From: an uncultured Candidatus Saccharibacteria bacterium
Lineage (GTDB): Bacteria; Patescibacteriota; Minisyncoccia; UBA6257; 1-14-0-10-44-23
Direction: 5' to 3'
Length of the DNA stretch: 43,662 nt
Assembly: GCA_964560145.1 (NCBI GenBank)
Contig: CAZLKS010000003.1
Location: 1 to 43,662, forward strand
A program made the translations under genes and the position numbers. Below are positions 7,547-14,260 of the stretch, in pieces; within the stretch, counting starts at the first letter, position 1, and every line of letters starts with the position of its first letter. The notes under the pieces were generated by a model. The model saw nothing but the letters and a program-made list of their open reading frames with translations, searched no databases and had not been told where the DNA came from.

Positions 7547-7555
7547 CCCCCCGGT
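7547..7555 (-). promoter_or_regulatory. ACCGGGGGG leader motif, 4 nt before the ATG of the DUF2800 gene
   Basis: Sense strand caaacACCGGGGGGtacaATG. Confidence 0.6.
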
Positions 7556-7584
7556 GTTTGGCGCGCGTTATATTTAAGACGAGA

Positions 7585-7872
7585 TCAGATTCTTGCCTCT
7601 TTGCCGTGAACGATAGACTTAATGGCGAGAAGGCATGTCATCTCTAGGTGAGACAACGCCATAGCCTTGATGCGCGGCTCAATGCAGTTTTTCTCGATCT
7701 CTCTCTCAAGGTTACTAAAGGCGATGCGCATTACCTGAATGCGCTCTTGCGCCCAAGATGAAATCAGAAACGAATCGAATCGCGGCGAAATTTCTGGTTC
7801 TGGAGCCTGTGCGACTTGCTCATAACCTGATAGGTATTCTCCCAGTTCGTCTATTTTCTCAATCTCATCCAT
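7585..7872 (-). CDS. hypothetical protein (95 aa)
   Basis: ATG 7872 lies 9 nt after GAGGAG (the track start 7878 is a GTG). Confidence 0.55.
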   Translation of the reverse strand: MDEIEKIDELGEYLSGYEQVAQAPEPEISPRFDSFLISSWAQERIQVMRIAFSNLEREIEKNCIEPRIKAMALSHLEMTCLLAIKSIVHGKEARI

Positions 7873-7895
7873 GACCACAATCTCCTCAAAATGCC

Positions 7896-9209
7896 TCAGC
7901 CCATTGCTACGCTGATGGCGTTAATCTTTTCGGATAGATTCTCAATTATCTGCTGGTCCATGCTGTTCTCAGCGAGTAGGTAGTGGACCTCTACCGATTC
8001 GGTCTGGCCGATACGATGTAAGCGATCGATTGCTTGCGCCATGTTTGCAGGCGTCCAATCGAGCTCGGCAAACAAGCAGAGGCTTGCCGCAGTAAGGGTG
8101 AGCCCTGTTCCCGCAGCCGTTATCTGCCCCAAGAATAACCGCGCGTCTCCTGCTTGAAAGTTTGTGACCGCCGTCTCACGGTCTATTCCTTCAACGCCGC
8201 CATGAATCACCGCAGGCTTATACTCAGAAAGAAGTACTTCGAGCGCCGAAATTACGTCACGGTGGAACGCGAAGAGCACTACTTTCTCTCGCACTTCCAT
8301 CATTTCTTTGACGTACTGCACAACCGCCGGAACTTTACGCATGCCCAAGGCGCGTCTTTTTGTGGCAATCTCAGGACTAGATGCCAAGCTGGAGGCGCCC
8401 GCAATCGAAGCTTCCAAAGCTTCCGCTTGTTCGGGGCTCAATAAGAATTCCTTGTCAGTAGAGGAGCCTTCAATCCTAAGCGGAACTTTCGAGAATATCT
8501 TTGGAGGTAGTTCAGTTGCGACCTTCCTCTTTAACCGCCGGATGAAGAAATTGTCATCTAAGATACGGCGAAGCTGTTTTAGATTCTTCCCGCCTTTATA
8601 CTCCATATACCCCGTGTACCAGTTGCGAGTGGGGTTGGTGTATCGGTATCCAAAATGTCTTTTTGAACGAAACAGGTCTGGCGCGCAGCGATTGAAGAGT
8701 GTGTAGCCATCAATGACTTCATTCGGAAGCGGCGTGCCAGAGAGGAGTATGTGGTAGTCACAAACTTCCCAGAGCCTACCGAAACATTTTCGCGTGCGCA
8801 GTGCAGTGGAATTTTTAAGGTAGTGAGCTTCATCGAAAATCACCATTCCCCAGTTGCGGCTCTCCAAGTCACGCGAAATTACTTCATCAGATGCCAGGTC
8901 ATACGAGATGACGAGATGCTGTGAGCGCAAAAACTTTTGCTCGAATTCCTTGCGAGAAAACACTGGAATTAGCTCAATTCCGGCCCATTCCTGAGCTTCT
9001 CTGACCCAGTTCAAGCGAAGCGATGCGGGGCATACGACAAGAAGAGATCTCTTATGATCGGAGTTTTCAAATACTCGGCGCGTGACTTCCAAGGCTTGAG
9101 CAGTTTTGCCCAAACCCATTTCGTCACCTAAGAATGCGCATCTTCTGTTTGACAGAAAACGTAGGATCGCTTCTACGCCGTCTATTTGATAGGAACGAAG
9201 CTTGCCCAT
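7896..9209 (-). CDS. SNF2-family (SF2) helicase/ATPase
   Basis: LGDEMGLGKT (motif I), DEAHYLKN (II), LLSGTPLPN (III), AAGTGLTLT, QAIDRLHRIGQ (VI). Confidence 0.9.
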   Translation of the reverse strand: MGKLRSYQIDGVEAILRFLSNRRCAFLGDEMGLGKTAQALEVTRRVFENSDHKRSLLVVCPASLRLNWVREAQEWAGIELIPVFSRKEFEQKFLRSQHLVISYDLASDEVISRDLESRNWGMVIFDEAHYLKNSTALRTRKCFGRLWEVCDYHILLSGTPLPNEVIDGYTLFNRCAPDLFRSKRHFGYRYTNPTRNWYTGYMEYKGGKNLKQLRRILDDNFFIRRLKRKVATELPPKIFSKVPLRIEGSSTDKEFLLSPEQAEALEASIAGASSLASSPEIATKRRALGMRKVPAVVQYVKEMMEVREKVVLFAFHRDVISALEVLLSEYKPAVIHGGVEGIDRETAVTNFQAGDARLFLGQITAAGTGLTLTAASLCLFAELDWTPANMAQAIDRLHRIGQTESVEVHYLLAENSMDQQIIENLSEKINAISVAMG

Positions 9210-9210
9210 A

Positions 9211-9219
9211 CCCCCCGGT
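9211..9219 (-). promoter_or_regulatory. ACCGGGGGG leader motif, 1 nt before the ATG of the SNF2 gene
   Basis: Sense strand gctaACCGGGGGGtATG. Confidence 0.6.
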
Positions 9220-9230
9220 TAGCAAGTTTT

Positions 9231-9239
9231 TTGTGTTAC
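9231..9239. promoter_or_regulatory. operator-like motif TTGTGTTAC (left arm)
   Basis: Inverted partner GTAACACAA at 9288-9296. The same 9-mer recurs at 15257, 15361, 15378 (inverted) and 15946, and as an 8/9 match at 16186. Confidence 0.55.
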
Positions 9240-9247
9240 GAACACTA

Positions 9248-9276
9248 TTCTTACTTGCTTTGTCGAAAACCGTCAA
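9248..9276 (-). promoter_or_regulatory. predicted sigma70-like leftward early promoter
   Basis: Minus strand TTGACG (9276-9271), 17 nt, TAAGAA (9253-9248); GTAACACAA follows 8 nt downstream. Confidence 0.4.
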
Positions 9277-9283
9277 GTATATT
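9255..9283 (+). promoter_or_regulatory. predicted sigma70-like rightward promoter for the RHH/primase unit
   Basis: TTGCTT (9255-9260), 17 nt, TATATT (9278-9283); GTAACACAA follows 4 nt downstream. Physically overlaps the leftward promoter. Confidence 0.4.
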
Positions 9284-9287
9284 TTAT

Positions 9288-9296
9288 GTAACACAA
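9288..9296. promoter_or_regulatory. operator-like motif GTAACACAA (right arm)
   Basis: Reverse complement of 9231-9239. Confidence 0.55.
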
Positions 9297-9309
9297 TAAA
9301 AAAGCTCTT

Positions 9310-9498
9310 ATGCCGAAACAAACTCACACTGGCCCTACCATGACGCTGACTCTTCGCATCGAAGTAAATGACATAGTGCGTCTGGACAAGTACAAGCGGC
9401 GCGTCGTGAAAGGCGCGTCGAAAGAGATGAAGTCAACGCTTTCGAGAAATTGGTTGATTGTTCAAGCTGTAAAAGATTTTCTTGCTCGAAATGAGTGA
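9310..9498 (+). CDS. putative ribbon-helix-helix (Arc/CopG-like) DNA-binding protein
   Basis: LTLRIEV (strand) - IVRLDKYKRR (helix) - LSRNWLIVQAVKDFLAR (helix). First gene of the divergent unit. No clear SD; the start could be Met-11 at 9340. Confidence 0.45.
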   Translation: MPKQTHTGPTMTLTLRIEVNDIVRLDKYKRRVVKGASKEMKSTLSRNWLIVQAVKDFLARNE

Positions 9499-9538
9499 TG
9501 CCAGTTAAACTGGTGTCTGCTTAGAATTTTTAAACGCA

Positions 9539-9547
9539 ACCGGGGGG
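9539..9547 (+). promoter_or_regulatory. ACCGGGGGG leader motif, 7 nt before the ATG of the primase-helicase gene
   Basis: cgcaACCGGGGGGaagcgtcATG. Confidence 0.6.
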
Positions 9548-9554
9548 AAGCGTC

Positions 9555-11834
9555 ATGCAGGATGCTTGCGACTTAGCAGCTATTCCATCTGTCTTTAAGC
9601 AATTTAAATCATGGTGCCTATGGGCAGGGGACAAGGTTCCTCTCGGCCTAAACGGCGCGGGGATATCCACAACCAAGCCAGAAACATGGCTGAGCTTCGA
9701 CGATGCCGAAGCTGAATTCGTTACTTCGAAACACGCGCGCGGCCTCGGCTTTGTATTCTCGAAAGAGTCAGGGCTTGTGGGTATAGATCTGGATGATTGC
9801 TACAAATGGAGCCCAGTGCCCGGGGAGCTCAAAAATTGGGCAAAACAGGTCTTAGAGCTGTTTTCTGATCAACAAGCTTACGTTGAAACCTCGCCATCGG
9901 GTAGAGGGCTTCATATCATTGTAAGAGGCGTAAAGCCGGGCTTACGCTGCAAGAAAGTCTTAATGAACAAGGAAGGAAAGCGCATCGGTGAGATCGAGAT
10001 GTACGACTCAGGGCGCTACTTCACCATGACTGGCAGGGTAATGGATGGTTACACCGTACCCGGCCCGCAGCAAGAGGCGATTGACGCCATATATCACAAG
10101 ATACTGGACCCAGTGGAAGGTGAGACGGAGGGCGAAAAAAAAGCCTCTCCGGGGGGAGAGGCTAGGGAGAATGAAACCCGCAAGGATGTGCTCTTTGACT
10201 CTGACTCAATTTTACAGGTTATTTCCAAAAGTTCGCAACAAGATAAGTTCAATTTGCTTTACAGGGGACCGCTTGAAGCAGTCTTAAAAGAATATGGCGA
10301 CGACCACTCTCGTGCAACTTATGCTTTTACTGGTATTGTTGCCTTTTATACCGACAATTTTAACCTTGCTGATTCTCTTTTTAGAAGCAGTTGTCTTTAC
10401 TGCGACAAGTGGGCGGCGAACAATAATGCCACAGGAGCTGCCAAAATTGGAAAGTGGGCTAGGCTCGGAGAGGCGCAGTTCAGGCGCCAGCGCTCGCAGT
10501 ACGTTGCGAAGGGTGAGGTATATGATCCAGCGGCAGGGCGAACCGACCCGACGGAAGACTTTTCTGCATTAAGCCAAACCGAGAAAGAGAAGATCCTGGA
10601 GAAAGGGCGCAAGGACTTTGACAAGTATATCTCTCTCGTGTTCGAAAATTGGGTAGACGCGCGCTGTGACCTATTCACTGAATCTCTGTTCCTCAAAGGA
10701 CCTAAAGGTAATTGGAGCCCGGCTTTTACGAAGCAGAATCTAGGAGCTCTCAGGGGCTACTGCCAGATGCTTGGCAAGAAATACCAGAAAACCAAGATTG
10801 AGGATTACCTGTGTTCCTACACTGCCGGGCTTGAGCCCAAACTTCTGATAGATGTTCCGACGTGGGACGGGACCGACCGGATAGCTCAAATGGCTGACTG
10901 CATGGAGTTTGAAGAGGATAGCGTCACTACTGGAGTCTTTGAAGACCTCCTCAAAGACTGGCTAGCAAGGATGTGGGGAAAGATATTCCAGCCTGAACAA
11001 GTTCAGAATCGGTGCATCATTCTCTCTGGCGGCCAAGGCATCGGAAAGGACGTGTGGGTGCAGAGCCTACTTTGCGGCCTTGGTCATTACCTGAGCGATT
11101 TTACCTTACCCGGCAACGCGAAGGAAACTGAGATAGGCATTGTCATGGCTTCCTCGGCTGTGATGTTCATCTCTGAGTTTGATAAGACTGGGGACATTGG
11201 CGTAGGGACCCTCAAGGACTTGATTACGAAGCCTAGGTTTACTCAGGTGCGAAAGTACGATAGGGATGCCACATCTTCCCCTAACCGTTGCTCGATAATT
11301 GGTGCTTGCAATCCTGATAACATTCTTCGAGATGCAACCGGCAACAGGCGTTTCCTGATATTCAAGCTGAAAGGAGGAGTCGGCGAAGCTATTCGTTGGC
11401 AGTTCCCGGTAGGGGACAAGGCCTTTAGCCTTCAGATTTTGGCGCAGGCGCGTAGTTTGTGGGAGTCAGGGTACAAGAGCCAACCCGCAAGCGAAAGCAT
11501 CATGCAGGCGATCACCGCTCAGTATACGCCGGAATCTGAGCATGCTGAGCTTGTTCAGGACTTCGAAGAAGGGCTGAAAAGTATCCAGGTGTCGGACCCA
11601 CTTTCACCGGGCTCAGGGCTGTTCAGAGTTACAGAGCTCGACGACCTATTCTCTCAGTTGGCGAGAAACTATGCCATCCCGCGACGCTCAGTTCTTACCA
11701 TCCTAAAGGGTGGAGGGTGTCAGTACCGCACCAGCAAGGTCAGACTCTATGGCAGCCGCGAGGCCTGTAAGCGCGGGCTCAAGGGGCTCTCAGATCTAGT
11801 GACCGACGATGGCACTGATCCAGAGATTCAGTAG
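9555..11834 (+). CDS. bifunctional primase-polymerase / VirE (D5-like, SF3-type) helicase
   Basis: N-terminus: GIDLDDC, ETSPSGRGLHIIV, EMYDSGRYFTMTG (prim-pol). C-terminus: ILSGGQGIGKDVW (Walker A), MFISEFDK (Walker B), VirE-like. Confidence 0.9.
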   Translation: MQDACDLAAIPSVFKQFKSWCLWAGDKVPLGLNGAGISTTKPETWLSFDDAEAEFVTSKHARGLGFVFSKESGLVGIDLDDCYKWSPVPGELKNWAKQVLELFSDQQAYVETSPSGRGLHIIVRGVKPGLRCKKVLMNKEGKRIGEIEMYDSGRYFTMTGRVMDGYTVPGPQQEAIDAIYHKILDPVEGETEGEKKASPGGEARENETRKDVLFDSDSILQVISKSSQQDKFNLLYRGPLEAVLKEYGDDHSRATYAFTGIVAFYTDNFNLADSLFRSSCLYCDKWAANNNATGAAKIGKWARLGEAQFRRQRSQYVAKGEVYDPAAGRTDPTEDFSALSQTEKEKILEKGRKDFDKYISLVFENWVDARCDLFTESLFLKGPKGNWSPAFTKQNLGALRGYCQMLGKKYQKTKIEDYLCSYTAGLEPKLLIDVPTWDGTDRIAQMADCMEFEEDSVTTGVFEDLLKDWLARMWGKIFQPEQVQNRCIILSGGQGIGKDVWVQSLLCGLGHYLSDFTLPGNAKETEIGIVMASSAVMFISEFDKTGDIGVGTLKDLITKPRFTQVRKYDRDATSSPNRCSIIGACNPDNILRDATGNRRFLIFKLKGGVGEAIRWQFPVGDKAFSLQILAQARSLWESGYKSQPASESIMQAITAQYTPESEHAELVQDFEEGLKSIQVSDPLSPGSGLFRVTELDDLFSQLARNYAIPRRSVLTILKGGGCQYRTSKVRLYGSREACKRGLKGLSDLVTDDGTDPEIQ
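10135..10163. other. A8 tract plus perfect 9-bp/GGGG-loop hairpin inside the primase gene (recoding signal or antisense terminator)
   Basis: aaaaaaaa 10135-10142; agcctctcc 10142-10150, gggg, ggagaggct 10155-10163. Read on the minus strand it is a hairpin followed by T8. Confidence 0.6.
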
Positions 11835-11864
11835 TCGGCCACAAACTCAAAATTGGGAAGTTGT

Positions 11865-11904
11865 AAAAAATGCTGATGACAGCATGCCGTCATCGGCATT
11901 TTTT
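11865..11904. terminator. bidirectional rho-independent terminator after the primase-helicase gene
   Basis: aaaaaatgctgatgac-agcatgcc-gtcatcggcatttttt; 9-bp core stem (one G-U pair) flanked by A6 and T6. Confidence 0.75.
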
Positions 11905-12205
11905 GGCCTTGCCGTCACTGACAGCATGGTGACTTATTGTCTGTCATACGTAAGTGGTTGATTCGCTTAGGGCAATTCGGCTAATGACACTATGACATCA
12001 ACATTTATATAGGTTAGATATATATAGGGTATAGGGTATAGCCATATAGTATATATGAGAGATGAGGGTATATAGGGGTATATGTATATAGGGGGTTAGG
12101 GAGAATGCGTCATCGAGTCATCGTGTCATCGGGGGACCTAGAATCGGTGTGGACTTTGGGGAGGGGGAGGGGGATTCAAATCGAAAATTCTGATGGGGGC
12201 CAATG
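11905..12205. other. candidate replication origin: GTCAT/ATGAC iterons, TATAGGG repeats, G-tracts
   Basis: No ORF. Three tandem GTCATCGN octamers at 12109-12132. At least 5 TATAGG(G) copies in the nearly C-free stretch 12004-12100. GGGGAGGGGGAGGGGG at 12158-12173. Confidence 0.45.
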
Positions 12206-12208
12206 GAA

Positions 12209-12247
12209 GGAAAAAAGAAAGGCGGCCACCGGGGGGTGAACCGCCTT
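12209..12247 (-). terminator. rho-independent terminator ending the leftward middle block
   Basis: Minus strand AGGCGG..CACCccccGGTG..CCGCCT followed by ttctttttt. The plus strand of the loop carries ACCGGGGGG (12228-12236). Confidence 0.7.
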
Positions 12248-12253
12248 AGGCAC

Positions 12254-12547
12254 CTAGCGTCGTTTCCGACGGAGCGGCGCCTCCACTCCTTGCGACTGCC
12301 GCGAGGCAGTAGTCAAATCTTGTATCAGACTGGAGGCAGCGATCGCCTCTGAGCATCGTGGGCATACATCTGAGTACCCACCCGATATAGCACCGAGCTC
12401 TTGTATCAACAAGGTTCTCTTCCATCGAATCCACTCCTTTGATCCACTTTCATATAGCTTCACTGCTACAACGCTCCAAACTATAAGGGCCAACCCAAAT
12501 AAAAACGCAGTTTTGGGGAAGCGCCAATGGGCATTTTTCTCTTCCAT
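12254..12547 (-). CDS. hypothetical membrane protein (97 aa, one N-terminal TM)
   Basis: ATG 12547 lies 7 nt after GGAG (the track start 12559 is a GTG). TM segment AFLFGLALIVWSVVAV. Confidence 0.5.
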   Translation of the reverse strand: MEEKNAHWRFPKTAFLFGLALIVWSVVAVKLYESGSKEWIRWKRTLLIQELGAISGGYSDVCPRCSEAIAASSLIQDLTTASRQSQGVEAPLRRKRR

Positions 12548-12580
12548 ATAAATCTCCACTAAAGGCGGAAAATCCCGCTC

Positions 12581-12610
12581 GGCGTTCCAGGCCGAAAAGC
12601 CTGGAACGCC
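12581..12610. terminator. perfect 12-bp hairpin between the lipoprotein and membrane-protein genes
   Basis: ggcgttccaggc-cgaaaa-gcctggaacgcc. The plus side is followed by gttttaattt, the minus side by gagcgggauuuucc. Confidence 0.45.
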
Positions 12611-12618
12611 GTTTTAAT

Positions 12619-12873
12619 TTAGTCTTCAACCACCGTTTCACGAGTCGGCTTCACTGCCCCACGCGCGGGCTTAGGTACATCGCGCAACACAGTGGCGCGC
12701 CTATTGTCGATAGCGTCGACGCCGTTAGCCCCGCCATGCATATCGAAACCCGCATAGAACGTCATCGGTAGCACCTTTCCGTTGTCGTATAGAGCGAAGT
12801 CTTTCACGCAACCGGACATCATAAACCCGGCAGCACCTAACACGAGTAAGAAAACAGCATCCTTTGCAACCAT
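12619..12873 (-). CDS. putative lipoprotein (84 aa)
   Basis: MVAKDAVFLLVLGAAGFMMSG|C: n-region, h-region and a lipobox-like MSGC. GGAGGG SD. Confidence 0.55.
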   Translation of the reverse strand: MVAKDAVFLLVLGAAGFMMSGCVKDFALYDNGKVLPMTFYAGFDMHGGANGVDAIDNRRATVLRDVPKPARGAVKPTRETVVED

Positions 12874-12899
12874 AAATAAACCCTCCGATCTCCATTGGA

Positions 12900-12969
12900 C
12901 TAGGCACCATGCCTAGCCTAATCATGCCCGGCACGATGCCGAGCATGCCCTAGGCTAAACACGCCTAGG
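12900..12969. repeat. repeat-dense leader: 4x CATGCC-type and 4x CCTAGG/CTAGGC-type words, two 7-bp hairpins
   Basis: ctaggca-cca-tgcctag (12900-12916); cctaggc-taaacac-gcctagg (12949-12969). Confidence 0.6.
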
Positions 12970-13194
12970 CTAGAGCGGTGAATCATCTGAATCAGCATGA
13001 AACGCGCGCGCCTTTAGCCCGCATGCTTCATCCAAGATAGAATTAATCTTGCGCAGTCTTTCCAGCTCTCTTTCTTGCGCTGGTGTGGCCTTGCCTGTGC
13101 GCGCCTTGGATTCGGCGCGGAACAAATCACCCGCAAAACGCAGGCCTACCACTACAGCCAAAGTGTCAGAGTCGATCGGCTTCCTTGTTTGCAT
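12970..13194 (-). CDS. hypothetical protein (74 aa)
   Basis: ORF track; ACCGGGGGG leader. Confidence 0.5.
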   Translation of the reverse strand: MQTRKPIDSDTLAVVVGLRFAGDLFRAESKARTGKATPAQERELERLRKINSILDEACGLKARAFHADSDDSPL

Positions 13195-13198
13195 ATAA

Positions 13199-13207
13199 CC
13201 CCCCGGT
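13199..13207 (-). promoter_or_regulatory. ACCGGGGGG leader motif, 4 nt before the ATG
   Basis: Sense strand atttaACCGGGGGGttatATG. Confidence 0.6.
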
Positions 13208-13277
13208 TAAATCCGCGCGCGTAATTGCGTGCGGTTTATACTGCCCCCGATATGTCAAAGGCAGAAAAACCGCGCGC

Positions 13278-13565
13278 CTAGGTATGGATATTCCCCTCTG
13301 GATCCATGCCGCCCGTTAGGCCTGAAATAGTAAGGTAAATAGTCCCATCCTTGGGATCTACTGAATGCAGCTTCAATCCCTTAAGACGAGATCCGAGATG
13401 TGCAATAGTCCAAAGTTGCCCGATTGTGGCCGCCTCGCAGCATGTTTGATATTGCTGGCAATCCTCTATTGATTCAGGTATAGCGTCGAATTCCCATAGA
13501 TCGTGCGCAATTTTTTGCTTGATACCAGTGACTACGCGATCAAGGCCTTCAGTTCTAATTGTCAT
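13278..13565 (-). CDS. hypothetical protein (95 aa)
   Basis: ORF track; ACCGGGGG leader. Confidence 0.55.
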   Translation of the reverse strand: MTIRTEGLDRVVTGIKQKIAHDLWEFDAIPESIEDCQQYQTCCEAATIGQLWTIAHLGSRLKGLKLHSVDPKDGTIYLTISGLTGGMDPEGNIHT

Positions 13566-13569
13566 ATTT

Positions 13570-13577
13570 CCCCCGGT
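13570..13577 (-). promoter_or_regulatory. ACCGGGGG leader motif, 4 nt before the ATG
   Basis: Sense strand gttacACCGGGGGaaatATG. Confidence 0.6.
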
Positions 13578-13600
13578 GTAACAGGCATGATTGCCTTAGA

Positions 13601-13623
13601 GTGTGCTCAACTCGTGAGCACAC
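13601..13623. other. perfect 9-bp intercistronic hairpin without a U-tract
   Basis: gtgtgctca-actcg-tgagcacac. Confidence 0.6.
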
Positions 13624-13638
13624 ATAAGGCACTCTTAC

Positions 13639-14175
13639 CTAGTTCCGCTTGAACGTTTGACGATGCAAGCAGTCGATCGCATGCAAGGCCAGATCAGGGA
13701 ATTCAAGACCTAAGGCCTTTACCAATTCGTCGCATTGGCGCTTGTATACGTCATAGCTTGACTCTTCCGAGTCATCTACGATCGGCGCAGCTTCAACTAC
13801 TTCCAATTGTTTAGTGTCGTAATCTTCAATTTCAGCTCCAAAGAGCATGCGGCATATTTGCCGATTGCACTCACTATCCTTGTGATACCAAGCTTTATCA
13901 CTTGGTCTATACCAGAAACCCGCATCTCTGAGCTTGGATAGAATATCGGCGTCAGGTTTACGGCTAAAGAACACGTCGATCCGATTCGATCCTTGTGGCA
14001 ATTCGATTGTGACCTCTAAGGGTCCGTTCGCATAGTTTTGAATTGGCGCAGGAGTCAGGACAGGCGTCGTAACAATAGGCGCCGCAATTGGTGGCACTGG
14101 TAGCGCCGCAACGTTGCCCATTGTGGCGCTCAATTTTGCAGATTTTGCCTGTAAAACAGCAAGAAAGTTACTCAT
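13639..14175 (-). CDS. hypothetical protein (178 aa)
   Basis: ORF track; ACCGGGGG leader. Motif FFSRKPDADILSKLRDAGFWYRPSDKAWYH; I cannot place the family with confidence. Confidence 0.6.
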   Translation of the reverse strand: MSNFLAVLQAKSAKLSATMGNVAALPVPPIAAPIVTTPVLTPAPIQNYANGPLEVTIELPQGSNRIDVFFSRKPDADILSKLRDAGFWYRPSDKAWYHKDSECNRQICRMLFGAEIEDYDTKQLEVVEAAPIVDDSEESSYDVYKRQCDELVKALGLEFPDLALHAIDCLHRQTFKRN

Positions 14176-14181
14176 ATATTT

Positions 14182-14189
14182 CCCCCGGT
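14182..14189 (-). promoter_or_regulatory. ACCGGGGG leader motif, 6 nt before the ATG
   Basis: Sense strand taataACCGGGGGaaatatATG. Confidence 0.6.
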
Positions 14190-14193
14190 TATT

Positions 14194-14218
14194 ACTACCT
14201 AGCGTTATGCTAGGTAGT
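14194..14218. other. perfect 10-bp intercistronic hairpin without a U-tract
   Basis: actacctagc-gttat-gctaggtagt. A second 8-bp GC hairpin cggcgcgc...gcgcgccg lies at 14224-14251. Confidence 0.6.
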
Positions 14219-14260
14219 TTATTCGGCGCGCCGCTAAGGCCTTGCGCGCCGGTAAACTAC

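Noticed and set aside
10045-10287. +1-frame ORF (80 aa) inside the primase gene considered as the acceptor frame for recoding at the A8 tract
   Set aside because: Reaching it needs a +1 shift or a one-A deletion, and it would add a 48-aa basic tail of no recognisable function. The -1 outcome, with its immediate stop, is the more economical model. It is noted but not called as a feature.
12131-12200. G-tract cluster claimed as a proven G-quadruplex
   Set aside because: The tracts (G5, G4, G5, G5, G5) could fold. However, loop lengths are irregular and nothing in the sequence proves formation. It is kept only as part of the origin-like description.
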